Origin: Octopus sinensis
Taxonomy: Eukaryota
Direction: 5' to 3'
DNA: 64,000 nucleotides
Assembly (NCBI RefSeq): GCF_006345805.1
Contig: NW_021832834.1
Span: 1-64,000, forward strand
Positions 1-62,458 of this stretch are shown here, one piece after another. The notes below the pieces were generated by a model. That model did no database searches. It worked only from the letters and a program-made list of their open reading frames with translations, and had not been told where the DNA came from. The position numbers were made by a program, and so were the translations under genes. Each line of letters opens with the position of its first letter. Positions within the stretch are counted from its first letter, which is position 1.

Positions 1-2500
1 TCTCAGCACCCTCTCAAATACCTTGATGATATGAGAGGTGAGTGAGATTGGACGGTACTTCACGGCAAGCGATTTGTTTCCTTTTTGAAAATGGGACAAC
101 AGACTGGGATAGAAGGTCCTCTGGTATATATCCAGCATCCAGTGAGTTCCGCCACAGATTGGCTAGAGGGAGTGCAAGTTGGTTTGACACATCTTCAAGA
201 CACAAGCAGGGAACCTATCGGGACCTACTGCTGAATTATGCTTCATTTCCTTTATTGCTGCTAAGACATCAGGAGCGCCAATGTTAGTCCGATAAAGTGT
301 ATTGGGGAGTAACATCACTGATACAGCCCAGATCAGTCATATCAGGATTGCTGGAAAACAGAGCAATATTGTTTCTGCAATATCTCTCCCATGGTTTTGG
401 CATTGTCTTGAAGAGTACCATTTTCATCAATCAGAGGGCCACACAGTAGAACCAGTGACTCTGTGTTTTTTTTGCAAATGAAAAGAACACTTTGGATTGA
501 GTTTGATCTTCTCAATGGCCCAGGCTCTTCAGCTCTTCGCTGACTATTGATGATAGACATCATGTTGTTTTGGAGTTTATGTTTTTTAATCTCTAGCGAC
601 GAGATGGCAGTCAGGTTGGTGTGTTGCTGTTGACAGTATTTCAGCATGTTGATCTTTTTGTTGATTCTTTTAATTTTCCTTATGAGAGATTTTCTATTTC
701 TAGGGATTCGACACTTAGATTTGTTGCAGATCTTAATGGGTGTGTCTTGCACATATGTTCGTGATGGTGTCTACAAGTGACTGCCAGGACTTTTTGTGTA
801 GTGGGTGTGTATGTGTGCGTGAAGGACCAATCGACTTGTGCAAGATCATTATTGATCGCTTCCCAGTTTGCATTGTGGAAATCCATAGTGTCAAATGGAT
901 GAACAGGAGAGATGACATTTGTTTTGCATTTTGGCCAGTGAAATCTCAGATCACAGAGAACCATGTCATGGTCGGAGAGTAGGGTTTTCTCCACTGCAAT
1001 ATGTGGATAGTATCAGTGTGATTGCTGAAAATTAAGTCTAAGGCGTTTTTATGACATCTCTTGGTTCGAGTACCAGTTGGGACAGGAAGAAATCATCCAT
1101 GAAGTCAAGAAGCGATTCCACTGCCTCCCTGTCAGGGGTTGAGAGAGAAGAACCTGGCGGCAGACTGTTTGTAGACCGTCAACCCCGGGAAGGTTGAAGT
1201 CTCCCATCATTAAAATGTGTCAGGTTGACACTGCCGAATGAAACACTTTATGCTGTTGAGGCATTCCTTGAAGCATGGTAGGGGCGTTTGGGGTGGTCTG
1301 TAGAGCCCAACTACTGTTAAGTTGTTGGTTTGACTGAATACAGCGACTGCTTCGCAGTATCCATTGGAAAATATGTTCATGGCTTCTGTTGAGAATGATC
1401 ATGGAATAAATGGCAGTCCCACCCTTTCTTCTGCCAGCACGATCAGCACGAATGTTTTGAATTTTGACTTTCACCTCGGCTTCCAAGTGGAGGTCACTAA
1501 GATGGGTTTCAGTGAGGACGAAGAAAGGGATGTGGTTTGGATGGGCCTCGACCCAGTCCTCCAGGAATCTTATCTTCCATTTTTGTGTATGGTGGAAGGG
1601 CTGATGCCTTGGGCATTAAGCAGAAATGTTGAGGCGAGAGTGGATGGTTTTAATTGTTTTGGTGATTTGTTTATTTGATTGCTTTTTAATGGCATGTGCA
1701 GTGGGGTAATTTGGGGTGGTGGTGGTGGGTGATAGCTCGATGTTTTTTTCCAGTTCTTTTGCTAGATTCATCATAGCTAAAAAAGAGAAGAAGAGGTGGT
1801 TTCCTGTCTAGGGAACCACAGGTGACTGTGGCCGCGGCTATTTTTATGTGACTTGTTATCTTTAAATGTCCGACGAGTCCCCGGGAGATGGGTAAAGGGG
1901 CAATCCCTGTGCAAACACAATCTGTCTCGCTGGGAATAGCGGCAGATTTGGGGATTCCTTGTTTGAGATATTGGTGGTTGTGGTGATGTTGTATTATGGT
2001 GGTTGCTGTTGTAGTTTGTGGGGATAGAGCGTTTTGTTCCAGGTAAATGGGTGAATTTGCAGTCTCTATCTGCACAGACTATGGCGAAGAGAATATCGGC
2101 AAATGATGGGGTTTCGAGTGGGTGTGTAGGTGCGCGTGTGTGTGGAGCTGTGAAAGGTGTAGATGATAGTTTGTTGAAGTTTTGGCGACCTTTGTGACCT
2201 GTAGGAGGTAAATTCCTTGAGATAGCATTAGTAGTAGTAGTTGTAGTAGTAGTAGTAGGTAGAAAAGATGTTGACAGTGGTAATGATTGAGGAGGTCGAT
2301 TCCAAGACAAATATGTTTGTCGATACATAGTGGGTGTAGTACTAGTAGTAGTAAGCAGAGGAGATGGTGTTGACAATGATGATGATTGAGCTGCTGGGGC
2401 AGTGAAAGGAAGGGGTGGTGCTTCCTGCTGTGTGACCCTGATGACTGGGGTGTCAATCGTTTCGTTTAGCAAATCGGCCATGTAGATGATAAATCGCCAC
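1..2500 (-). mobile_element. CR1/Jockey-superfamily LINE, 5' half (ORF1 with CCCH fingers, APE endonuclease, start of ORF2); frameshifted, continues off the left edge
   Basis: Minus-strand ORF fragments contain APE motifs (TFLLNAQGI, RADRAGRRKGGTAIY, EKTLLSDHDMVLC) and LANLWRNSLDAGYIP, homologous to the + strand element at 56531-60251. ORF1 ATG at 2481, only 19 nt from the flanking (TA)n. Confidence 0.9.
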
Positions 2501-2574
2501 ATATATATATATACATATATAATATATATATACATATATATATACATATATATATATATACATATATACATATA

Positions 2575-2616
<42 letters not shown>

Positions 2617-2963
2617 TAATATAATAATATACATATATATATATAATAATATATATATATACATATATATCTATAATATATACATATATATATCTATATA
2701 TATATTATTACATATATATATACATATATATAATATATATATATATATATATACATATATCATATATATATAATATATACATATATATATATACATCTAT
2801 AATATATATATATAACATATATATATACTATATATATATATATATATATATTATTATATATATATACATATATATATATATACATATATATAATATATAT
2901 ACATATATATTATATATACATATATATATTATACATATATTATATATATACATATATATATAC

Positions 2964-2996
<33 letters not shown>

Positions 2997-2997
2997 C

Positions 2998-3045
<48 letters not shown>

Positions 3046-3217
3046 TTATATATATATATATACTTTATATATATATATATACATTTATATATATATATAT
3101 ACATTTATATATATATATATACCATTTATATATATATATATACATTTATATATATATACATTTTATAATATATATATTATATATATATATATATACATTT
3201 ATATTATATATATATAC

Positions 3218-3252
<35 letters not shown>

Positions 3253-3383
3253 TTATATATATATATATATATATATATACAACATTTATATATATATATA
3301 TATACATTATAATATATATATATATATATACACATTTATATATATATATATACACATTTATATATATATATATATATATATAC

Positions 3384-3419
<36 letters not shown>

Positions 3420-3590
3420 TTATATGATTGATTGATTGATTGATTCTAGTTTCAGCTTATGAGCTGTGGCCATGCTGGGGCACCGCCATTTGGTGTTGCT
3501 ACTTGGTTTCACTTCATGGAGGCTTTCTAGCAACTGCTATTTGGTGCATGAGAGAGTTCGATGCAGCTGCCCTCATCTGCCCCTCCTGCC

Positions 3591-3634
<44 letters not shown>

Positions 3635-3749
3635 TACATTATATATATATATATACACATTTATATATATATATATATATATATATACATTTATATATAT
3701 CTATATATATATATATACAGATTATAATATATATATATATATATACATT

Positions 3750-3782
<33 letters not shown>

Positions 3783-4398
3783 GATATAATTTATATATAT
3801 ATATATATATATACATTTGTATATATTATATATATATATACATTTATATATATATATATATACATTATATATATATATATAACATTTATATATTATATAT
3901 ATATATATATATATAGATATATATATATATATATATATATATACATTTATAACTTAGAAAGGTTTTGGCCAGTATTGGCCCAGGCCATGTCTAACTTAAT
4001 AGCACCACCTGGTGAAGTCTTTCAGTTCAGGATTTGGGCACCAAGGCCATTCGAGCAGAGAGTTATTGTTGCGGAGACATATCCGGGTGTGGGTGGTTTG
4101 TCCGGTACTGTTTGAAGGAATTTGTCCAAAGACTTCTTGAATTTTGTGTGGTCAGTTTCTTTTGTGACGTGCCCTGGTGTAATGTTGAAGAGAGCAGGTC
4201 CAATTGAGGTGAAATAGTTGTGCCGTATTGTCGTTATGTGATGCGATTTAGATTTTTGTTGTGGACGGATGGCACGTGGTCCAAGCTTGTGCATTTGAGG
4301 TGATGCCAACATCATCGGACTTGATACATTTATTATATATATATATATATATATATATCTATATATATCGTAATATATATATATATACATTTACATTA

Positions 4399-4433
<35 letters not shown>

Positions 4434-4442
4434 TATATATAT

Positions 4443-4478
<36 letters not shown>

Positions 4479-4511
4479 TTATATATATATATATTATATA
4501 TATATATATAC

Positions 4512-4545
<34 letters not shown>

Positions 4546-4636
4546 TTATATATATGTATATATATACATATATATATATTATATATTATATATATATCTA
4601 TATATATTATATATATTATATATATATATATCTATA

Positions 4637-4728
<92 letters not shown>

Positions 4729-4747
4729 AGTATATACATATATATAT

Positions 4748-4783
<36 letters not shown>

Positions 4784-4850
4784 TATATATATATATATAT
4801 ATAATATAATATACATTTATATATATGTATATATATGTGTGTGTGTGTGT
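2501..4850. repeat. Large interrupted (TA)n microsatellite field with embedded retroelement fragments
   Basis: Directly visible (TA)n with TACA/TACATT interruptions. Confidence 0.97.
3951..4325 (-). mobile_element. 5'-truncated 3' end of the same CR1-like LINE family, embedded in (TA)n
   Basis: Encodes [31 protein letters not shown], matching the C-terminus at 59633-60142; shares the 3' UTR motif CAGGTGGTGCTATTAAGTTAGACATG. Confidence 0.9.
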
Positions 4851-5342
4851 GTATGTAGTTTCTCCTGATGACCCAACCGCCTAGCAAGTTTCCACTATTA
4901 TCAGTGACTTTTTGCGAACCGCTAGGTTATGGCGAGGTAAACACAGCAACATCAGTCGTCAGAAAATTTTAATGACATTCACAGATTTTATAAAGGAGTT
5001 CATTCTGCAAAAGCATAAATCACCAGTTCAGAATTATTTCCCTTTATTTGAGTTCTTCCACAATTTTCGCACTTTTTTGTGAGTGCAAAATACAAATAGA
5101 AAAGGCCATCAAATAGCTTCCATAATAATCTCAGTTGAATTTCTAACGACTGAAATAATTGTAAATGAAAGTCGTAACATGCTCTTATAGTCTTCAGTAA
5201 TAATTTTCTTTAAATATCTCACATGTATTGATTCCAACCTTAACACTTTTACATTTGGTTTACACCACAAAGTGTTTATTTCCTCTTATTCTTATACATT
5301 ACATATTTGGTTCCTAAGTACGGATATTTTTGTATTGTATAG

Positions 5343-53678
<48,336 letters not shown>

Positions 53679-55029
53679 CTAAAAATATGAAAAACAAATG
53701 GCTTTGAAAACCTCATTTTCCTCTATACATATTTCTATACAAAAGAACTTTATTTTTATCTATCAATACAACACTATGAAACTGAGAGACTGTATAAAGC
53801 ACAATGTGATTTAAACACGGTTTAGTACCCTTTCCTTTATGTTTAACACGCAAAATCTAAAATCATATGGTTTGATTTGTAATTCTATAGATGTTTTCTA
53901 GCTGCCAATTTCACTTTTAATTTTCAGTATAATCTTCAGTTTTTCTTAATGAAGTAGTAAATGTGTTTTGTTTGTACAATCTATTTTTCTTTTAGTTGAA
54001 GCATCGCAATATTGCAATCTTAGTTCAAATCGTGTCTGAGTAAGGGAGAGGGAGAGAGAGAGAGAGACATTGATTATTTGATCAGTTACTAATTACTCCT
54101 CTAAAAATGTGCATTATGGTTATTAGCTGATTAGATTTATAATCCGTTATCTAATTATTATTATTATTATTATCAGGTCTCTCACTTGTCATTGTCTTAC
54201 TTAATCTGATAATAAACATTTCACAAACCACTGCGTTTACAACCAGAGAAATGTATGTATTTCTGCCTCTTAACTTGTATTCTCTTTAAACATTAACACA
54301 AACATTTGTATTCGCATCCCGGACTGACTACATTGAATCAATCAGGAGTTTGGTACCAAATAATTTCAAAAACTTACATAACATCTAATTACCATTGATG
54401 ATTCGTTGAGAGAAATAAACAAAAGTTTATAATAAATTGCTTATGTTTACACATCCTGTTGCTTATAATTATATCCGTACAAGTGTGGGTTAGAATTTCT
54501 CCATATAACATGATAGGGCAATAATTGAAAATTCAACCACCTTTACCTTATTTTCGTTTCATTAAGAATATTCACAAAGATGGATGAGATGGGAACTCAG
54601 AAATCTGTGACTTGAAAGTGATATGAAATATATGACATACACATCCAGCCCATACCAGTTTGGAGAATTAACATAAAACACTTTGATGATACTAATAATG
54701 ATGACACGCAACTTAACATTCACCTCAAATACAAAAAACATAAATGGATCATGATTATAAAAGAAAGAAATGATAAAATTAGATAAATTAAGAAAACTTA
54801 GTGGAAATTCCATAGGTTTCGCAACTGAACATAACTTATAAACATCTTTTTCAATTCAAACTCTTTCTTCCCAAATATAACTTACTTAGCATAATATGCC
54901 CAGTAATTTTTAAAAAGGCTCAATATAAATTTTCTTTGATGAATAAGTATTGTTTAAGTTAAAATACACAAAGATAAATAATTAATGAAAAAACTTATTC
55001 AGACTTCACAGGGCTAAACTATCATTTAT

Positions 55030-55215
55030 TACATCCGCCTTAGCGAAGGCGGAGACATTGTTTTCAGATGTAGTTGTTTGTCCGTGGACAAGATATCACA
55101 AGAACCATGGGATGGATTCGACGAAAGGTTCAGGTATGTTTGTCCTGACAAGCACTAACTGATTAGATCTTGGAAGTTACCCGGTACCGGACAAGAATTC
55201 TGGGTTATTCGTTAC
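55030..55215. mobile_element. Helentron/HINE-like non-autonomous element
   Basis: Terminal hairpin tccgcctt-agcg-aaggcgga followed by tgtttgtccgt..ggatggatt pattern (family call from recollection). Confidence 0.45.
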
Positions 55216-55394
55216 ATTTACTTTACATAATTACGATCTTAAGTCAACATTCAACTGTTTCCTAATTATCTCCCTTTAGGCTGTAACTATTTTCAATGGT
55301 GAATTTGGTAACTTAGGCTTGTATTAGTTAAGCACCTTTACTGATATAAATGTCAATATGGTTATATAAAATACAATGTTAAACGGTTAAATCG

Positions 55395-56030
55395 TCTTTG
55401 CTGTGTGGGATCCTTTATTCTTATATAAGATATTTCTATCATCAAATGATCTTTGACACTGAAACAGTAACTTTTCTGTACAATTAGATCCACGTATAGT
55501 TGTCTTTTTTTAATAAGCCACAATATCAGTGAGATGCCTCAGTAATATGCTTTCTCTTCTGAATGAAAAGAACCATTTTGAGAGAATAATTTACCACAGA
55601 TATAACAGTGATATGTTTTTTTTTCTCCAGTATGAATATGTTTGTGTAAAGTTACTTTACTACTTGTTGGGAACGATTTCGCATAAACATCGTATTGGAA
55701 TGGTCTCTCTCCTGTATCAATTCCTTTTGAATAGTTAAAATAGTCATTTGTTAGAATGATTTACCACATACATCATAGAGATATTGGTTTCTTTCCGCTG
55801 TATGAGTGCATTTGTGTTTAGTCAGGCCACAATTTCTAGAGAAAGATTTCCCAGAGACACCACAATGGTATGGTTTCGCTCTCCGATGAATGAATTTATT
55901 CTTAGTTAAATGGCTTCTTACAGAGAAAGGTTTACCACAAACAGAACACTAATATCGTTTCTCGTCTGTAAACGGATTTACCACAGATATTAAAATGATA
56001 AGGCTTCTCTCCCGTATGAATCTATGTGTA
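55395..56030 (-). pseudogene. Decayed C2H2 zinc-finger array
   Basis: Minus-strand HTGEKPYH..ICGK and HIHTGEK linkers at roughly 84-nt spacing, with stops and frameshifts. Confidence 0.8.
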
Positions 56031-56360
56031 TTAACTTAGTGCCCTGAGTTTCAAACTGGTATGAGCCCATACGTAAACTTAGCAACGACGAGAAAGTTTT
56101 AGTAAGTACGAATGAAGATATATAATAAATCTCTGAGCGAGGTATAAACAGTAGCTGCACGACATCGTGAAGTATATTTGTCACATAAATATGGCTAACC
56201 CTTAAAGATGGCTTCCCTTTGCAAATACAGATAGGGCACAGAAAGTGCGTCAATAGCCAGCTGGAGGAGGTGTCCTCCTAGGGCTACAAGCTACAGTAGC
56301 ATCCACCCTTAAGGGTTAGGCACATTTAAGTGACAAATATACTTCACGATACATATATTT

Positions 56361-56436
<76 letters not shown>

Positions 56437-56530
56437 TTGTATGTATAAAAATAAATATATATATATACATAAATATACATATGTACATAGATATATATAT
56501 ACATATATAAACATATATATATATATATAT

Positions 56531-59500
56531 CACTACTGCCAGAATAGAAAAACCACTACTACAACCAAATAAAATCCCCTGCCGTTACTATTCTAAAGGC
56601 AATTGTAGATTTGGCCCCAGCGGCACAAACAACAATGGACGCTGTGCTTTTTCCCATCCGACCTTATGTCGTAGACTTGTTATGGGCACCTGTCCATACG
56701 GGATAACAGGAAAAAATTGCCCCCACCTCCACCCCAAATACTGTCCTAAATACAGAATCTATGGTTCTGATCCTAAATACGGATGCATAAAAGGCAATGG
56801 ATGCACCTTATTCCATCCTAAACTGTGCCAAACTTCTGTCTCACAAAGGATGTGCCTGAACCCAGAATGCAACCACCACCATCTGAAGGGCACAAAACGA
56901 TCACAGAATAAATATAAACAGGAACAGAGGAAATCTAGGACAACAACAAGAACAAAATACAACCACGTCTCCCCTCCTACAATCAAACAACGTAGACAGA
57001 ACCATGAAAAAACACCAAATAACGCCAACATGAAATATGTATCCTCTGACCAAGTGGCAAACCAAACAAGTAACTCTTTTTTACTGACATACCTAGAAAA
57101 TATGAAGGCCGACCTAAGCCAGGAGATCCAGCGAGCTATCACCAACCATCTATGCAAATCACAAGGACCACTCACCCATTACCAACTTCCCTTACCTCGA
57201 CATTCCTGTTAAATGTACGTGGCATCAACCCATCAATTATTGCCCAAAAATGGAAGATCCCATATATAGAGAGTTGGCTTGCCGAAATGGCACATTGCTT
57301 CCCTTTCTTTATCCTTACCGAGACTCACCTGAACAACACCCATATGGACGCAGAGGTGAAAATAAAAGATTTCACCATTGTTCGTGCGGATCGCACAGAC
57401 CGAAATAAGGGAGGGACAGCCATCTTTATCCATGACTCCTTTTCACTTGATGCCAAGGACATATTTTCCAATTGCTACTGTGAATCGGTATCACTATACA
57501 ACAAAGCCAAGGACATAACCATTGTTGGTCTTTACAGGCCTCCCCAGGCACCTCTAAAGTACTTTGAAGAGTGCCTTAGCAAAGTCAAGTCTTTCCTTCG
57601 GAAGTACCACTCCGGAAACATAATAGTGATGGGTGATTTTAACCTCCCTCATGTGAACTGGCCCACAAATACTCTGAAGTTAGGCAAGTGCTCTACATCA
57701 GATAGAGCAGCAGCAGAACTGCTCTTTAATCTGATGGATGAGTATTTCCTGACTCAGCTAGTGCTTGAACCAACGATACAGAATAAAACGATCTTGGATC
57801 TGGTATTGACCAACCACTCTAGCTACGTTCACAGTATTTCAGTCGAAAAAACTCTCCTCTCAGACCACGACATGGTACTCTGCAATCTTAATTCCCGACA
57901 TATAAGAACCAAACCAGCCAATCCCACTCCATAGCACCCATTTGACAACATAAACTTCCACAAAGCGGACTGGGGAACAATCAGAAAGAATCTGTCTTCC
58001 ATTGACTGGTCTTTTACTCTCAATTCCCCTCATATTGAGACCGCGTGGCAGCACTTTGAAAACATTGTCACCTATACATGCTCTAAACACGCTCCCAAGA
58101 AATCTAGTAACACAAACAGAAACCGGCTCCCTAAAAAGAAAAAAAACACTCATCAGGCGCATCAAAAGACTCAACAAAAAAATCAACCAATTAAAATATT
58201 CCCACACACAACATCCACATTCAACAACAATGAAAAGACTAGAGCTGGAAAAACTTCATCTGCAGACCAACATGAAAACCTCCATTGAAAGGAACAATGG
58301 GTAATCAAAAACATCAAACAGAACCCAAAAGTGTTCTATTCTTATGCAAATAAGCATAGAACCACTGTCTCACCCATTGGGCCATTGATTGATGAAAACG
58401 GCATTCCCCAACACGATGCTAAAGAAATGGCAGAAATACTGCAGAAACGATCCTGCTCTGTCTTCAGTGTTCCCACTGATATTGACGTAAGGGAAACGAA
58501 CGAAGTTGACTCCCAACACAAAATCTCAGACATAACCTTCACTGCCACCGACATCGTAGCAGCAATAAATGAGGTCAAACATTACTCTGCTGTAGGCCCT
58601 GATAGATTTCCCGCTAGTCTCCTGAAGGAATGTAGATACCAACTTGCAGTCCCTCTAACCAACCTCTGGAGAAATTCGTTAGACGCAGGTTATATACCGG
58701 AACAGTTTCCATCCCAGTTGGTCATCCCGGTTTTCAAACAGGGAAACTGATCCCTCGCAGTCAACTATCGCCCAATCTCACTCACCTCCCACATCATTAA
58801 AATGTTTGAAAGAGTGTTAAGATCAAGGATAGCTGACTTCCTGGAGACCCACAAACTCCTAAATGCAAATCAGCATGGCTTTCGCTGTGGCAGGGACTGT
58901 CTAACACAGCTCTTACACCACATTGAAGATGTACTCAAAGCCTTGGGAACAGGTTCGAACTCTAACGTCATATATCTTGACTTCAGTAAAGCGTTCGACA
59001 GGGTAGACCATAACAGCCTACTCTCAAAATTGGCAAACGTTGGAATCCGTGGGAAAGTTCTACACTGGATTCAGTATTTCCTGGCGAATAGAACACAACA
59101 TTGTAGTTTATGGAGTCCACTCAAACCCAGCAAAAGTCACCAGCGGTGTTCCCCAGGGAACTGTTTTGGGTCCGCTACTCTTCATAATTTACGTAAACGA
59201 CCTTTCCAGTGTCGTACATTACTGCAAAGTGAAAATATTTGCTGATGACACTAAGCTCCAGCAAATCGTCAATGAAGAAGCAGACCGAACTCAACTCCAG
59301 TCTGATCTATATGCTGTGAGTCAATGGGCAGACAGAAACAAAATGCAACTGAATGAGGGAAAATTTGAGCTGATGCATTTTGGAAGAAATTCCTCACTAA
59401 AACAACCATACTCTCTTCCTTCAGGGGAACCGCTCACAGCCTCTAACAATATCAGAGACCTGGGTGTAATTGTTGATGACGATCTCAGTTGGAGTGCACA

Positions 59501-60251
59501 CATCAACAAGAAGGTCGATATAGCTCGTAGGATGAGTTCCTGGATCTTAAGAACTTTCCGGTCCAGAGAACAAGGTGTCATCATACCACTTTTTTCCTCC
59601 TTTGTCCGGCCACACCTTGAATACTGCTGCCCATGTGGTCTCCTCACACAAGACAAAACATCTCCAGAATTGAGTCACCCCAGAGGGCACCCACTAAACA
59701 AATTGAAGGCATGGCTGCTCTCGATTATTGGGATCGCCTTAAAGCCTTGAAACTTTACTCCCTCCAGCGTCGCCGTGAGCGGTACATCATTTGTACGATG
59801 TGGAAAATATACCGCCAACTTTGCCCAAACGACCTAAACATTAGCTTCAAGGTTCATCCAAGACTTGGACCACGGGCTATACGTCCCCTGCCCAATTCAA
59901 GATCACAACATACATGTACACTGCAACATAATTTCTTTTCCTCAACAGGCCCTGCCCTATTTAACATTGTCCTGAGGGAGATCAAAGAGGAAAAGGATCC
60001 CACCAACTTTAAACAGAGTCTGGATAGATTCCTTCAAAGAATACCAGATAAGCCACCCATAATTGGATACAACTCACCCAACAAGAACTCACTACTTGAA
60101 CAAAACTGGATACAACTCACCCAACAAGAACTCACTACTTGAACAAAACTTGACTTAAACAGGATTCGAATAATCCTATCAGGTGGTGCTATTAAGTTAG
60201 ACATGGCCTGGACCAATCTTTGGTCGAAACATATCTAAGTTTATCTAAGTT
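56531..60251 (+). mobile_element. Nearly full-length CR1-like LINE (ORF1 with 4 CCCH fingers; ORF2 APE+RT, frameshifted) between (TA)n tracts
   Basis: APE (LLNVRGI, TETHL, GDFN, LDLVLTN, SDH) and RT (QHGF, YLDFSKAFD, GVPQGTVLGP, FADD) motifs; 43-bp tandem duplication at 60064-60149; (TATCTAAGTT)2 tail. Confidence 0.96.
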
Positions 60252-60440
60252 TATATATATATATATAATTCTTAGGAAATATATATAACTGCTAAAAAGA
60301 AGTGCTATGGTCGAATCTGATACAAAAGATAGGAATTAAGATATAAACTGAACTTAGGCAATCATATTCATGCATTATAAATTCGACTTAAAATGCGTAT
60401 ATATTTTTTAATACATATCGAAACATATTTCATGTATGTT

Positions 60441-60535
<95 letters not shown>

Positions 60536-60729
60536 CTGTGTGTGTGTGTGTCTGTGTGTCTGTGTGTGTGAATTATGACTATTATAATTTAATAATGTAT
60601 ATATAGAACTCCCTTGTTGACCACGTATCAGACGGGTTTCACATACTAATGTAGCACAATCAACGGTAGTGTCCCAGCATGGCCACAGCTTTCGGGATGA
60701 AACAATTTTAAGGATTTATATATATATAT

Positions 60730-61010
60730 ATATAGGGAGATGAGAATGTCTGTCTGTCTGTGTGAATCCGTAAAACTTGAGAACTACACAACAAAATTCA
60801 TTCACATTTTACACATGCCTTATTTAGAGTCCATGTAGTATCATAGGCCCAAAAATGTTTAACTTCTTGGCTAGTGCGCGCCCACATGAAAAGCATATAT
60901 TCTCCACTATTTAAGTATTACGTTTCAAAAGTGTAACATCTCTCTATTGTAAGGTCAGATATATTAACTGTAATAGTTTCACTTCAATACTGAACCTATT
61001 AAAGCGAATC
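60730..61010. mobile_element. Helitron-like non-autonomous repeat
   Basis: tatatata..aatgtctgtctgtctgtgtg..aaaactt..aaattcattc 5' pattern; family call uncertain. Confidence 0.35.
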
Positions 61011-61065
61011 TATTATCTCACATATATACAGGAATACATACATATACACATACATACTTATATAC

Positions 61066-61135
<70 letters not shown>

Positions 61136-61185
61136 TACACATATATATTATGTATATATATATATATATATGACTGTGTGTGTGA

Positions 61186-61270
<85 letters not shown>

Positions 61271-61552
61271 CTGTGTGTGTGAATATATATATATAATATA
61301 TAAATAGATGCATATATATATACATGTATATCTATGTATATATATAGATGTATATGTATATATATATATGTATGTATGTACAGATGTATATGTATACATG
61401 TATATGTTTATATGTATATATGTATGTATATATATATATATGTAATGTAATATGTACACATGTATATATATATAAATACACATATATACATGCATAGATA
61501 TATACACCCATGCACACATACATACACACAAAAATATATATACATAAGTGCA

Positions 61553-61695
61553 GGTGTGGCAGTGTGGTAACAAATTTGATTCCAAAACACAGGGTCCTGG
61601 GCTCAGTCCCACTGTGTGGTGAGTTGGCATGTGTCTTCTGTTATAGCCTGAGACCAACCAAAGCCTTGTCAGTGAATTTTGTAGACAGAAACTGA
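61553..61695 (+). mobile_element. tRNA-derived SINE
   Basis: gtggcagtgtggtaa..gggctcagtcccactg head; homologous to 10098-10245 (-). Confidence 0.75.
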
Positions 61696-62320
61696 TATCC
61701 AGCAATCGTATATATATACACATACATATATATATTAAAAGCGAAGGTGACATACGAATGGGTATATATTTATAAAATAGAAGTTTAAAAACGCCACTAT
61801 ATGAGATAAATTTTTATTTTCTTAGAGATATTACATGTATCGGTTCTTCTTGAAGAAACGAACCTCATCAAAAATATTTTAATAAAATTAAGTGTAATAA
61901 AAAGTTCATAATTATTTCTTACTAGTCTCAACAAAGTCCACGTGGTGGTGTTTTGTGTGGGTGGGGAGTATACCGGCTGTCTTTTGAGTTGACTAGATTC
62001 GTTGGCTGTAATTTTTCACAATTACATCCAACGAATCTAGTCAACGCACAATAAGAACATGATACTTTGACAAGAAGAAACTGATAGAATCAGTACCAGA
62101 CTTATCAAAATTTAAAAAAAGGCACAAGGCAGCGTCTCATATTTTTCTTTGCCCACTCAGTTGTATACATCTTTTTATCTTTTTGTGTATATATATATAT
62201 ATATATTGTGTGTTTCTTAAATGGCTTATAAACACCTTCCACGCTGCAATTGTTTTCGTTTCAGCACACGATCTCAGATCAAATTACTTGCTATGCGAGT
62301 ACATCTCCGTAATATATATA

Positions 62321-62396
<76 letters not shown>

Positions 62397-62400
62397 TATA

Positions 62401-62458
<58 letters not shown>

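Noticed and set aside
2500-4800. Long YI/IY-repeat ORFs here and at 28.4, 32-33, 56.3 and 61-63.7 kb
   Set aside because: Translations of (TA)n microsatellites, which lack stops in some frames; not genes
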